Shown: positions 26,227 through 35,650 of the stretch, one piece after another | How the letters are laid out: each line of letters opens with the position of its first letter | How positions within the stretch are numbered: the first letter of the stretch is position 1 | Notes under the pieces: model-generated | The model's input: only the letters and a program-made list of their open reading frames with translations | What the model was told of the DNA's origin: nothing | Databases searched by the model: none | IMG/VR virus record: IMGVR_UViG_3300045116_000678 | Location: 18,903 to 82,902 of that record | Origin: a virus | Direction: 5' to 3' (one strand) | Length of the DNA stretch: 64,000 bases | Program-made: the position numbers and the translations under genes

Positions 26227-26717
26227 GCGAACACCCCCAGGATCTCGCCTGTCTCAGGGTCCACCTGCACGCGCTCCCAGTCCTCGTAGGTCATGAAGGT
26301 GACGCCGAGCTCCGTGGCGGCGAATGCCGTGACGCGCTCGATCAGGTCGCTGTAGCCCTTCACGCCCAGGTCCTCGGTGCTCACGCGCAGGCGCCGACGC
26401 ACCTTCTTGCCCGTCAACGGGTTCCGGGTCGTGAGGGTCTTGAAGCCCAGGTAGGTGGCGCGGAAGTGCTCCTTCCAGACCTCCATGGAGAACTGCTGGC
26501 CATGCGGCCGCGCCTGGGCGGCGATCGTGCGCAGCACCAGCCCGTGGTAGTACTTCCGCTGGCGATCGGTCTTGGCATCCTCGTGCAGCCGCACCTCGAG
26601 TTCCAGCGCGTGGCCGGCCTCCCACTGCTTCTTGCAGAATGGGGCCAGGGACTGGTTGAGGCTCTGCCGAGCCTGCTCGGCGTCGCGCCAGACCAGATGA
26701 AGCGCACTGCCGGCCAT
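26223..26717 (-). CDS. ninB: NinB-like protein
   Basis: KTDRQRKYYH..WKEHF..STEDL..YSDLIE..FA. Confidence 0.7.
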   Translation of the reverse strand: MAGSALHLVWRDAEQARQSLNQSLAPFCKKQWEAGHALELEVRLHEDAKTDRQRKYYHGLVLRTIAAQARPHGQQFSMEVWKEHFRATYLGFKTLTTRNPLTGKKVRRRLRVSTEDLGVKGYSDLIERVTAFAATELGVTFMTYEDWERVQVDPETGEILGVFA

Positions 26718-27094
26718 CAGCCCTCCCCTCCAGCGTCCACCTGCACCTCGACCGCCCACTGTCCGGCGCGGCCCTGCCGCTGGGCGTACTGCCATTCGAT
26801 GGAAGGATCCGCGTCATCGCGGCCCAGCCAGTGCGCCACGGCGTCCACGGGTGCCTTCAGTGCGCCGCGCAGGTTGTCGTGCTCATCGAGCGGCTGCCAG
26901 GTGCCCGTGGCGCCGGGCGGCGATACGCGCGTCATCAGGACGCGCACGGGCCCCGCTGGCGGGGTGCGCGTCGCCAGCGCCCAGGCGATCGCCGCGCGCT
27001 CTGCCTTGACGCGGCGGTGCCGCACCATGTGATGCTCGCGGGCGTTCTGCCCGTTGGTCGTGCGCAGGGGCACCCTGATGGAGATCGGCGTCAT
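26717..27094 (-). CDS. RusA-like resolvase
   Basis: LDEHDNL..LKAPVDAV...GRDD. Confidence 0.6.
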   Translation of the reverse strand: MTPISIRVPLRTTNGQNAREHHMVRHRRVKAERAAIAWALATRTPPAGPVRVLMTRVSPPGATGTWQPLDEHDNLRGALKAPVDAVAHWLGRDDADPSIEWQYAQRQGRAGQWAVEVQVDAGGEG

Positions 27095-27381
27095 GCGTCG
27101 GCTGAAAAATGGCGCGGCCTGCGTGCACGGCGGCCGCTGGCCAGCGCGGGCACCTTGCTTGCCGGCTCGGTGAAGGGTTCCGGAACGGCGATGCCGCAGT
27201 CGGCGAGTGCCGCATCCAGGTCCTGCAGCAGCCCACCGAAGTACTCCGGGCACTCGGTCTGCAGCTGGTCGGCTCGCCAGCGGGCGTAGCCGGCGTCCAG
27301 CTCAGCGAACCAGGTGAGGTGCTGCAACTGCGCCGCGCGGGCCGCGGCGGGGTCGATCACTTCAGCTCGCGACACGGTCAT
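27091..27381 (-). CDS. Hypothetical phage protein
   Basis: ATGA-coupled ORF in early operon. Confidence 0.55.
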   Translation of the reverse strand: MTVSRAEVIDPAAARAAQLQHLTWFAELDAGYARWRADQLQTECPEYFGGLLQDLDAALADCGIAVPEPFTEPASKVPALASGRRARRPRHFSADA

Positions 27382-27830
27382 GCTGCGACGGCCTCCAGCA
27401 ACCCTTCGAAGTCGTGCCAGCGGACGTCGCCGCGGCGCAACTTCAGGTCGAGCTCGCAAGCCGCGTCGATCACGCTGCGGCGCTGCAACGCGGGCAGCAG
27501 CCGCTCGCAGGCGTCAAGGCCGGCGGCGATCGATGCGCGCCGCTCGGGCGTGATGGTGGCCACCTCGGCCTGCTCGTAGAGGGCGTTCGCCGCGCCGCGA
27601 AGGATCCGCAGCTCGGGCTGCTCGTGATCGACGCCATCCCGCACGGCCGCGCCGAGGATCACCCAGAAGATGCGTCCGGCGGCGTTCACGAAGGCGTGGC
27701 CGTCGTCGCCCATGATCGCGTGGATCTGCGCGCGCACGCCGTCGTCGCGCCAGTTCTTCTCGATGAGCGCGCGGGCGATGAGGCCGACGCCGGCCGGCGC
27801 ACGCCCGAAGGTTCGAGCCTGGCGCTTCAT
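27378..27830 (-). CDS. Hypothetical phage protein
   Basis: ATGA-coupled ORF, GGAG RBS. Confidence 0.6.
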   Translation of the reverse strand: MKRQARTFGRAPAGVGLIARALIEKNWRDDGVRAQIHAIMGDDGHAFVNAAGRIFWVILGAAVRDGVDHEQPELRILRGAANALYEQAEVATITPERRASIAAGLDACERLLPALQRRSVIDAACELDLKLRRGDVRWHDFEGLLEAVAA

Positions 27831-28000
27831 ATGCGGGCTCCCCGCCGGGGCAGGCCTGCAAAGGTCGTGGCGCGTTTGCGCGGCCGCACTGCGTGCGTCA
27901 GGTCGCCCGTGGTCTGCAGCGCGGTGATGATGGCGTGCTCCGGCACGTAGCGCCCGCGGCGCACGGCGTTCAGCAGCTGGTTGGCCTGTTGGCGGGTCAT
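27827..28000 (-). CDS. Small hypothetical phage protein
   Basis: MTRQQANQLL..ALQTTGD; ATGA-coupled. Confidence 0.55.
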   Translation of the reverse strand: MTRQQANQLLNAVRRGRYVPEHAIITALQTTGDLTHAVRPRKRATTFAGLPRRGARI

Positions 28001-28215
28001 GCTGTCTCGGGTTCGGGGTGGAAGGCGGTGTCGTTGGCGGCGGCCGCTGCGGCGAAGTGCTCGGCACACACGGCCAGCCGGGCGCGGTGCATGTCGGCGT
28101 AGCGCGCGAGGTGGGCGCGGCCCTCTGCGGGCAGCACCGCGCGAGCGACGTTGTTGGCCGTCATCAGTTCGCGCTGGGCATCCACGGCCATGGCCGCCAC
28201 GTCGGTGAGCTTCAT
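27997..28215 (-). CDS. Small hypothetical phage protein
   Basis: AAGGAG RBS; ATGA-coupled. Confidence 0.55.
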   Translation of the reverse strand: MKLTDVAAMAVDAQRELMTANNVARAVLPAEGRAHLARYADMHRARLAVCAEHFAAAAAANDTAFHPEPETA

Positions 28216-29153
28216 GCGGGTACTCCTTGGCGTTGTTCCACCGCCTGCCGCACACGGGCCGTGTACTGGGCGAAGGTCTCGCGGTTGGCGCTGAGGTCGT
28301 GCTCGTTCCAGCGACCCAGGCCGAGCTCGTCACCCTTGGCCTCGATGCTGGTGCGCGTGTCGTCCCAGGGCTTCTGCGGCATGCCGGCGCCGGCGGCGAT
28401 GGCTGTGGCCTCGCCCAACTGCCGCTTCACGATGCCCAGCAGGTAGGCCATGCCCTTCGGCGGCGTGGCCTTCACGCACGTCTCGGCGGCGGCCTCGAAC
28501 ACCTCCACCGGCACGCCCTTGTCGATGAGGGCCTGCAGCTCGGGATGGCTCGGGTTCACGCCGGTGACGCCCTTGGCCTTGATCGCCCGGCAGATCTCTC
28601 CGGCTTTCGTCGGCGTAGCCGAAACACCCCCACCCAGCGGCGGTAGATCTTTGTGGGGGGTATCTACTTGGGTATTGGTTCCGGTTCCGGTTCCGGTTCC
28701 GGTGTCGGGCACCCCGGGTGACTCCGGCTGGTGTCCTGTCGTTGTCCCGCGGGACACGGGCGGGACGGCGGCAGGCTTCCCACGGTTTCGGCTGCGGCGT
28801 TCCGACTCCTTCCGGCGGTACGCCAGCATCTCGTGCACGCGCTCCGCGAGGGTGTCGTGATAGAGGCGGCCGTCCTCCGCCAGCCACCAGCCGCGCATCA
28901 TCACCTCGCGCATGGTGTTCCACGCCCTGACAGGGATGCGGCACTTCGCGCGGATGACGGCCTCGTCGTTCGGCAGCGAGCCGCACGGCACCTGCGTCCA
29001 GGCGACCATCCACATCATGAGCAGCGCGTGCTGCGCCATAGGGACTTCTGCCGCCAGATCCCAGGTGTCGGACTGCTCCACTCGCTCGTAGTCGAGTTCG
29101 AAGCGCCAGCCCTTCGCGCGGGTGTCAGCGGGATATGGAACGGGGCGCGTCAC
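28212..29153 (-). CDS. Replication initiator (O-like, DUF1376-type N-terminus)
   Basis: W.QVPCGSLPNDE..DGRLYH..L; GTGTGTGT linker. Confidence 0.7.
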   Translation of the reverse strand: MTRPVPYPADTRAKGWRFELDYERVEQSDTWDLAAEVPMAQHALLMMWMVAWTQVPCGSLPNDEAVIRAKCRIPVRAWNTMREVMMRGWWLAEDGRLYHDTLAERVHEMLAYRRKESERRSRNRGKPAAVPPVSRGTTTGHQPESPGVPDTGTGTGTGTNTQVDTPHKDLPPLGGGVSATPTKAGEICRAIKAKGVTGVNPSHPELQALIDKGVPVEVFEAAAETCVKATPPKGMAYLLGIVKRQLGEATAIAAGAGMPQKPWDDTRTSIEAKGDELGLGRWNEHDLSANRETFAQYTARVRQAVEQRQGVPA

Positions 29154-29154
29154 A

Positions 29155-30033
29155 TCAGTCCCCACAGAAGCACGGCAGGGCTTCCTGCTCTGGATCGAAC
29201 ATATCCACTTGCTCGGTGGCGAAGCGCGCAAGTTCGGCGTAGCTCGGGCCGTCCTTCGTGAATCTGGCTGCCCGGCTCGACTTCGGCTCCTTGCTCTTAG
29301 TCTCGGCCTCCATACGGGCCCACCAGACGACCCGACCAGGTCGCTCGGCAATGAGGCTCAGTCGCTGCGCCGGAGGCTTGAGGAAGCAGAGGTCGCAGTT
29401 CCCGGCCAGCGTCCGCCCGTTTAGCGAAATCAGCTCAAGGTTGAAGGGCTGGGCCGCCCAGAACTCGCCTACGTCGCCAACGGCGATGCCGGCATCGGCC
29501 AGCGGGATGCACATCGTTTCCCTGGAGTTTTCGGTCGACGCTCCACGGTTTCTGATCTTGGCGACTCGGCGCTGCTCATCGGCGCGGATCCCGATGAACT
29601 GGTCCCAGCCGTCTGCCAGGTCCCACCAACCGAGGGACTTCAGGTAGCGGTGCATCGTGCGGATCTTGAGTTCGACGGTGCAGAAGCGGGTGACCGGGTT
29701 GGGCAGGAAACTGCGTGCGCGGATGAGCGCCTCGAATGGCTCGCCATCACGGCTTGCGGTGTCGAAGTCCACCACCTCGAAGCGGTGCTCTCCCTCTGCG
29801 TGGCGGTACTCGAGCCAGACGATGGTGATGCCCCATCGCCGCCCGCATTCGCGGACGAATCGCAAGGTGGCCTCGTCCTCCCGGCCGGTGTTGGCGAAAC
29901 ACACGATCAGCCACCGTTCGATGTCCTCGCGCGTGTTCGCCTGCAGCACCCGCCACAACATGTAGGCACTGGTGCGCCCGCCGCTAAAACTAAGGCAGGT
30001 GGGGCCGGTCAGCTTGAATGGGTCGAGACTCAA
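29155..30033 (-). CDS. PAPS-reductase-like PP-loop protein
   Basis: SFSGGRTS, FANTGRE, RFCT.ELK, IGIRADE, GNCDLCFLK, PCFCGD. Confidence 0.85.
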   Translation of the reverse strand: MSLDPFKLTGPTCLSFSGGRTSAYMLWRVLQANTREDIERWLIVCFANTGREDEATLRFVRECGRRWGITIVWLEYRHAEGEHRFEVVDFDTASRDGEPFEALIRARSFLPNPVTRFCTVELKIRTMHRYLKSLGWWDLADGWDQFIGIRADEQRRVAKIRNRGASTENSRETMCIPLADAGIAVGDVGEFWAAQPFNLELISLNGRTLAGNCDLCFLKPPAQRLSLIAERPGRVVWWARMEAETKSKEPKSSRAARFTKDGPSYAELARFATEQVDMFDPEQEALPCFCGD

Positions 30034-30548
30034 GAAGGCTCCCCCAGATACTCGCGCCACGGCACAACAGTGCCGTCAACCTTGAACCCCCAGCCGCGCG
30101 AAGGGCCCCAGGTGAAAAAGAGCGTGTAGACGCCCTGTGGCGGCACGTAGTCGATCCGGTGGAACGTGTCGATGGACAGGGCCACGGTGTCGCCGGCCTT
30201 CCGGAGGCGCACACCGTCGAACTCCTCCCGGCGCTGCTCGCCATAGAAGTGCATCAGGATGCACGAGCGGGACGGCCACGGGTGGCCGTGCTCGTGTTCA
30301 TCGTCGTCGGCGCGCAGGATCTTGTGGATGCGCATGCTTGGCAACTTGGGCCAGCGGGCTGGGGTCTGATCGCCGTTTTTGTCCTTGCCGTAGCCGTTGA
30401 AAAGCCAGTACCGCTCCATGTAGGTGCTGGAACCGTCGCGCGATGTGATGTGCGTATACGGCGTGCGCTGGGCGCGGCGGATCAAGTAGGCGGCCACCGG
30501 CCGGCGGGAGACGATGAAGGCGGCGCACCGCCAGAGAAGGGTTTTCAT
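30030..30548 (-). CDS. Cupin-like protein
   Basis: YMERYW..H.ILRAD..HGHPW..FHRI..WGF. Confidence 0.65.
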   Translation of the reverse strand: MKTLLWRCAAFIVSRRPVAAYLIRRAQRTPYTHITSRDGSSTYMERYWLFNGYGKDKNGDQTPARWPKLPSMRIHKILRADDDEHEHGHPWPSRSCILMHFYGEQRREEFDGVRLRKAGDTVALSIDTFHRIDYVPPQGVYTLFFTWGPSRGWGFKVDGTVVPWREYLGEPS

Positions 30549-32176
30549 TGCTTGGTGAGCTTCATAAGGACCACGTCCACAGCGGTGCCGTCGAACTGGT
30601 TGGCGAGCACGGGGGACCACTCCATGGCGCCCGCAAGGAACCTCTTTCCGCGGGCCGACGCGGGCAGGACGGCCACCAGCACGCCACCAGGTGCCAGCAG
30701 CGATGCCGCGAGCTCCGTGTGCAACTTCCAGCGGCCTTCGGAGAACGGCGGGTTCATCACGATGCGGTCATAGCGCGGGCCGCAGGGCCAGTGGTGGTCG
30801 GCCCACAGCAGAAAGTCCGCCTCGATGACGTTGAAGCCCTTGGCGCGCAGGATCTGGCAATGCAGCGGCGCGATCTCCACGCAGGTGAGACGATCCTTGG
30901 GCAACAGGTCGGCGAGCCCGCCCTGCCCTGCGCTGGGCTCAAGGACGGTGTGATCCGGCGCGATCTGGGCCAGCTCGACAGCCGCCTGCGCCACGGCAGT
31001 GGGCGTGGGGTAGTACTGGTGCGCCTGCTGATCGGGAATGCACCCCGTGGCGACGATGGAGGCGATTGACTCGCCGGCGTTGTATGGAAACTGCCAGTAA
31101 TGCGACACCGGGGCACCGCCGATGGCGCGAAGCACCTCTTCGGCCTGCTTGCGCGCGGCCTTCTCGCCCTCGCCATAGTGGAATTGAAGCGCCATTGGCA
31201 CGTCGCGGTACCGCTCCGGCCACGCGCCAGGCAGACGCTCGCGGACCTGGCGCATGCCCGACAGCAGTTCAAGGACCGCGAACGGCAGAGGCCGGCCCAT
31301 CATCACCCAAGCCTTTGGCTTGCTCTTCGGCTTTGTGCGGAACTCCGCTGGAATAGCCAGCGGGTAAAGGTGCGCCAGGACCTGGTTGAGCCGGTAGGCC
31401 ATGTCCGGGTGCACCTCGAGGTGCGCGGTGCCGACCTTGTAGACCCGGATGCGTAGCGCTCCGGCGTCCAGGTTCAGCCATTTGCCATGCTCCCGCCGCG
31501 CCCGGTCCACCACGACTGAGGTGCTGTTCCAGCGCGGGGCATCGCGGCCCATGAACTTCGCGATGACGGCCCGCAAATCGTTGATGATGCCCGCGCGGCT
31601 GTGGTCCACCGAGCCGTAGCTGCTGACCACATAGGACAGGATCATTCGGCGGTTGAATCCCTCCGGCGCATTGGTGACGTGCGTGTGAGACAGAGCGCGA
31701 AAGATCCCGTCGACCCGCTCGGCGAAGAACTGGGCTCGCATATTCAGCAAGTCGCCGATCGTGGCGCGTACGGTGGCCGCCTCGAACTCGGGCGTCTCCC
31801 GCTTCATGATCTGCTCGTTCCACTCGTCACGGCGCTTCTGCGGCATTGCGTCCAGCACGTCGGTCAAAGCGAGAGCCTTGGACCAGTAGGCCGCGTTCAA
31901 AGCCGAGATGGCCCCCTCGGGGTCGAACAGCTGCCGGGCCGACGATTCGAGCGAGATGCGGCCGCGGTCGTCGGTGCGGTTGCCTTCCAGGAAGTAGTGC
32001 AGCACGCTGTTGTGCGCCTCACCCTTCATGAACGCTGACACCTCGCTGATGCGCGCGCGGTGGTGCTGGTAGGCGCCAAGCAATGGCTCCAGCGCATCGG
32101 TGGTCGTCGGTGCGAAGAACGTACTGTCCGACACGAACTCACCGGTTTCGGCTTCGACTGTTGCAACGGCAGTCAT
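30545..32176 (-). CDS. DUF4942-type protein fused to DNA methyltransferase
   Basis: YYPTP, LEPSAGQG, MNPPF. Confidence 0.8.
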   Translation of the reverse strand: MTAVATVEAETGEFVSDSTFFAPTTTDALEPLLGAYQHHRARISEVSAFMKGEAHNSVLHYFLEGNRTDDRGRISLESSARQLFDPEGAISALNAAYWSKALALTDVLDAMPQKRRDEWNEQIMKRETPEFEAATVRATIGDLLNMRAQFFAERVDGIFRALSHTHVTNAPEGFNRRMILSYVVSSYGSVDHSRAGIINDLRAVIAKFMGRDAPRWNSTSVVVDRARREHGKWLNLDAGALRIRVYKVGTAHLEVHPDMAYRLNQVLAHLYPLAIPAEFRTKPKSKPKAWVMMGRPLPFAVLELLSGMRQVRERLPGAWPERYRDVPMALQFHYGEGEKAARKQAEEVLRAIGGAPVSHYWQFPYNAGESIASIVATGCIPDQQAHQYYPTPTAVAQAAVELAQIAPDHTVLEPSAGQGGLADLLPKDRLTCVEIAPLHCQILRAKGFNVIEADFLLWADHHWPCGPRYDRIVMNPPFSEGRWKLHTELAASLLAPGGVLVAVLPASARGKRFLAGAMEWSPVLANQFDGTAVDVVLMKLTKQ

Positions 32177-32937
32177 GCGGCCTCCAGGAGCAGCGACGGC
32201 TGCCGCAGGCGCTCGGCCTGCATGCGTTTGCAGTCTGGGTTGAGCTCGCACGCCGCCCACTGCATGCCCAGCATCTCGGCGGCAATGCCCGTGGACAGGG
32301 AGCCGGCGAACGGGTCGATCACGACGCCGCCCGGCGGCACGCTGTACCGCAGCAGCGGCGCCAGGATGCCGAGCGGCTTCTGGGTCGGGTGGACCGCGCT
32401 GCCGTGCTCGTTCGGCACGAACAAGACGCTGGTGGCCAGCTTCGGGCCGCCGTTCTCGCTGACATAGCTGCTCGCGTCGCCGCACGCGATCGCGCGCGTG
32501 TGCGTGGGCTTGGTCTTGCGGCGCACCGTCTTGGCCACGGCGTCAAGCGTGAACTGCGGCTGGTGGTACACCTCGGCCCAGGCGCCGCGGTAGAACATGA
32601 CAGCGTGCTCGTGGACGCGGCGGAAGCGGTCGGCGTGAAAGCCTGTGCCGTTCTGCTTCTCCCACACTACATCCTGGCTGTAGCGAAAGCCGTGTGCCTC
32701 CATCTCTGCGAAGACGGTGGCGAGGTAGCGCATGGAGCCGAAGACCCAGACCGACGCCGCCGGCTTCAGGACGCGCGCAACGTGCGCCATCCAGCCATCG
32801 CAGCGGCGATCCCACTCCAACGACGTGTCGCCGTAGGGCGGGTCGGTGACGCAGGCGTCGGCCGAGGCGTCTGGCCATGAAGCCATGAGCTCGCGGCAGT
32901 CGCCCCATTGGCAGCGGTTGAGCCATTGCTCCATCAC
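32173..32937 (-). CDS. N6A/N4C DNA methyltransferase (beta class)
   Basis: TDPPY, HPTQKP, DPFAGS. Confidence 0.9.
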   Translation of the reverse strand: MMEQWLNRCQWGDCRELMASWPDASADACVTDPPYGDTSLEWDRRCDGWMAHVARVLKPAASVWVFGSMRYLATVFAEMEAHGFRYSQDVVWEKQNGTGFHADRFRRVHEHAVMFYRGAWAEVYHQPQFTLDAVAKTVRRKTKPTHTRAIACGDASSYVSENGGPKLATSVLFVPNEHGSAVHPTQKPLGILAPLLRYSVPPGGVVIDPFAGSLSTGIAAEMLGMQWAACELNPDCKRMQAERLRQPSLLLEAA

Positions 32938-33296
32938 GCAGCCTCCCGACGACGGCGCACGGCCTTGGTCTCGCGGAACTCGAACAGCGCAGCGTGGTCA
33001 GGATGGGCGAGCGCGAACAGGCGTGCCAGGTACGGCGTGTGCCAGTCGTTCAGCTTCCACGGCCCGGAGGCCTCCGCCAGCGCCGAGTTGTGGCGCAGCA
33101 CCTCGATGATGGTGCGCGCGCTGTAGTGCTGGAAGCCGCGGGCGACGACGCGCAGCGCCTCGCGCTCGAAGGCCACCCACACATGGCGATTGGGCGGCAG
33201 GTAGGCCAGGAACTCGGGGGTGAACATCTCGGCGTTGCGGTGCGCCAGCACCACGGCGTCGACGCGGCCGAAGTCGGAACTGTTTGCAGCGCTCAC
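32934..33296 (-). CDS. Conserved-looking phage protein
   Basis: YSARTIIEVLR..KLND..PYLARLF. Confidence 0.6.
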   Translation of the reverse strand: MSAANSSDFGRVDAVVLAHRNAEMFTPEFLAYLPPNRHVWVAFEREALRVVARGFQHYSARTIIEVLRHNSALAEASGPWKLNDWHTPYLARLFALAHPDHAALFEFRETKAVRRRREAA

Positions 33297-33601
33297 GCCC
33301 CCGCCCTTTCCGATTCGGGGCCCTGAAAAGGCCCTGTCAGCGAGCGGAGAGCTTCGATACGCTTCTCCTCATGCATCAACTTCTCAGCGGCCATCGCGCG
33401 CCACGTCTTGCCGTAGCAGGTGAGGTAGACGAAGTCGCGCAGCAGCGTGGACGGGTCGGTACCGCTCATGGAGCAGTGCTGCCGGAATACCTGGTCAGTC
33501 GACTCGTCGACCTTGGTCTTCAGGTCTTCGGTCAGCTTCCCGAGCGGCCCGGCGATGCCTCGGGCGAAGGCCGGTTCATCGTTCTGGTCGATGGTGGACA
33601 T
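33293..33601 (-). CDS. CII-position regulator (RHH-like)
   Basis: Downstream of cro; KLTEDLKTKV..STLLRDFV. Confidence 0.55.
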   Translation of the reverse strand: MSTIDQNDEPAFARGIAGPLGKLTEDLKTKVDESTDQVFRQHCSMSGTDPSTLLRDFVYLTCYGKTWRAMAAEKLMHEEKRIEALRSLTGPFQGPESERAGA

Positions 33602-33628
33602 TTCGAGCTCGTGGTGGGTATGAAGTGG

Positions 33629-33808
33629 TCAGCAGACCGGCTGCAGCTCGGCGGCGCGCTCGCGGAAGGCGTCGACGAAGACGGCATGGCGCCAGCAGTC
33701 GGGCGCAAACGGGTTGGCGTGCTCCACGGTTTCACCGCGATCGGCGGCACTGGCCGCCAGTTCGGCGACCTGAGCGTGACTGAGGGTTGTGAGGGGCTGG
33801 ACGTGCAT
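33629..33808 (-). CDS. Small hypothetical protein
   Basis: A..AADRG..ANPF motif. Confidence 0.45.
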   Translation of the reverse strand: MHVQPLTTLSHAQVAELAASAADRGETVEHANPFAPDCWRHAVFVDAFRERAAELQPVC

Positions 33809-33904
33809 CAGCTGAACTTCGGTTGGCGGTGACGGTGGGGAGCCCGCGCCCTCGCGGGGTAGATTCCGGTCACCACAACACGGACCCCGCGAGGGGCGGA
33901 CGAA

Positions 33905-34150
33905 ATGAATGCCAAGCCCGACCTGGCGGCGATGGAGCGGACCGTGGAATTCCTGATGGCGCAGTCGCTCGCGATGAGCGCAGTGATCCGCGTGCTCACG
34001 GCGAACCACCCGAATCCGCCCGCACTCCAGCAGGCCGCACCGCGGGCGCTGGAATACCTGCGCACGCAGCTCCTGCAGTCACCGTTTTCGGACGCGACGA
34101 ATCAGCGTGCGGAGGAAACGCTGCAAGCCCTGCTTGGAATGCCGCGCTGA
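33905..34150 (+). CDS. Small helical hypothetical protein
   Basis: 81-aa ORF with RBS, opposite strand. Confidence 0.5.
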   Translation: MNAKPDLAAMERTVEFLMAQSLAMSAVIRVLTANHPNPPALQQAAPRALEYLRTQLLQSPFSDATNQRAEETLQALLGMPR

Positions 34151-34278
34151 CGCCGAGCAGCGCGCGCGTAACGGCGGCGCTTCGCTCGATCCGCTGGGCA
34201 GCCTTGCCTACCGCCGTCTTGCTCGCAATGCGCGGGCGCAGCTGCCTCGCCAAGTGCCAAGACACGTGGTGGTTCATG

Positions 34279-34569
34279 TCAGGCTGCCTCCTTCGCGGCG
34301 GCAGCGAAGTCCAGCACCGGCCTGCCCTTCGGGTTGGGCCAGTTCTTGTCGGGGATGCGGCGCCAAGGTTCACTTGGGCGCAACTCCTCGCACGTCACCG
34401 CGCCGAAGGTGGCTTGCTCGATAGCAACGCTGTATTCAGGGCTAGGCAGCCGGTCCGCATAGCCGTGTTGCCACTGCCTGACTTGCGCGTCGCTTTTGGC
34501 GCCGATTGCCTGGCGCAGGTCGGCGACTGTCCGCGCGCCGTCGCTTTTGAGGGATTCGTCGAGTCGCAT
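34279..34569 (-). CDS. cro: Cro/YdaS-like repressor
   Basis: HTH; AIEQATFGAVTCEELRP; divergent from cI. Confidence 0.8.
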   Translation of the reverse strand: MRLDESLKSDGARTVADLRQAIGAKSDAQVRQWQHGYADRLPSPEYSVAIEQATFGAVTCEELRPSEPWRRIPDKNWPNPKGRPVLDFAAAAKEAA

Positions 34570-34578
34570 AATGACCCG

Positions 34579-34638
34579 AAGATATAGCATTTGCTACATG
34601 GAAGCAATAGCTATCGCTAGTGTAGCAACTGCTACTGT
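34579..34638. promoter_or_regulatory. OR region: three operators plus pR and pRM
   Basis: TAGCATTTGCTA 34585, TAGCTATCGCTA 34608, TAGCAACTGCTA 34623; minus TTGCTT-17-TATCTT; plus TACTGT before cI. Confidence 0.8.
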
Positions 34639-34644
34639 TGCTCC

Positions 34645-35337
34645 ATGAACGACGACCTCATGGATTGGCGAAGAGAGCGCTTGCAGGCCGCGTCAGATAA
34701 GGCTGGCGGCGATGCAGAGTTGGGGCGAATGCTTGGCCACAAATCTGGGGCCCAGATCGGCCACATGCTTTTGGGACGCCGCCCGGTGACCGAGAAGACC
34801 ATTCAAAAGGTTGAAGGCTTACGGGGTTTCGCCGGCTGGTTCGGATCGACTCAACTTGTTCAGACGGCCAAACAAGCTGCATCTGTCAACACCCCGTTCC
34901 TACCGGGTTTTGAGCCACTGAGCATTCCCCTCTTGGCCAACTCAGGCAGCATGGGGCCTGGCAGCGATCAGCTGCACGATGAGGTGGTCATCGGGCGCCT
35001 CACGGTGTCGCCGGACTGGGCACTCCGCGTCGTGAAGCCGACGAAGCTGGAGCATTTGCGCTTCATCCACGGGTATGGCGATTCGATGGAGCCCACCTTC
35101 ACGGATGGTGATGTACTCCTCGTGGACCTAGGCGTGCGCGACCCAAAGATCGACGGCGTCTATGTGCTCGAAGCCAATGACCGCATCTACATCAAGCGGG
35201 TGCGAGAACGCCTGGACGGCACACTCGAAATCAGCAGCGACAACCCGACGGTGAAAACTGTCGATGTGCTCGACGGGTCGACACAGGTAACTGTCCATGG
35301 TCGCGTGGTCTGGCGCTGGAACGGAAAGAAGATGTGA
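34645..35337 (+). CDS. cI: CI-like repressor with S24 peptidase domain
   Basis: N-terminal HTH; GDSMEPT; YIKRV. Confidence 0.9.
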   Translation: MNDDLMDWRRERLQAASDKAGGDAELGRMLGHKSGAQIGHMLLGRRPVTEKTIQKVEGLRGFAGWFGSTQLVQTAKQAASVNTPFLPGFEPLSIPLLANSGSMGPGSDQLHDEVVIGRLTVSPDWALRVVKPTKLEHLRFIHGYGDSMEPTFTDGDVLLVDLGVRDPKIDGVYVLEANDRIYIKRVRERLDGTLEISSDNPTVKTVDVLDGSTQVTVHGRVVWRWNGKKM

Positions 35338-35415
35338 TGCGAGCACTTCGCTGTACGGTCGGGGTTTGGTGATCGCAGAGCACCCGCCGGACTCCTTCCC
35401 CCTCCTAATCGTCTG

Positions 35416-35438
35416 AGCCCGCCCGCGCGGGCTTTTTT
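35416..35438 (+). terminator. Intrinsic terminator after cI
   Basis: AGCCCGC-CCGC-GCGGGCT-TTTTT. Confidence 0.7.
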
Positions 35439-35476
35439 GCGTCCATCACCGGCTCTGGCCGACATGGAGAAAACAA

Positions 35477-35517
35477 TAGCTTTTGCTATTGACTCCGAAT
35501 ATAGCGTTTGCTACATT
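35477..35517 (+). promoter_or_regulatory. pL with two operators
   Basis: TTGACT-17-TACATT with TAGCTTTTGCTA and TAGCGTTTGCTA. Confidence 0.82.
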
Positions 35518-35650
35518 TGCTCCATCGAACACGCAATACCACCCAGCCCCAGCGATCCGGGGGCAAACCAAACCGATGCGGGCGGGGGTTCTAGGGGCAG
35601 TGCTCCGCAGCGTGGCGCGATTCCCTTCACAGGCGAAACGAGGAGCGCAA

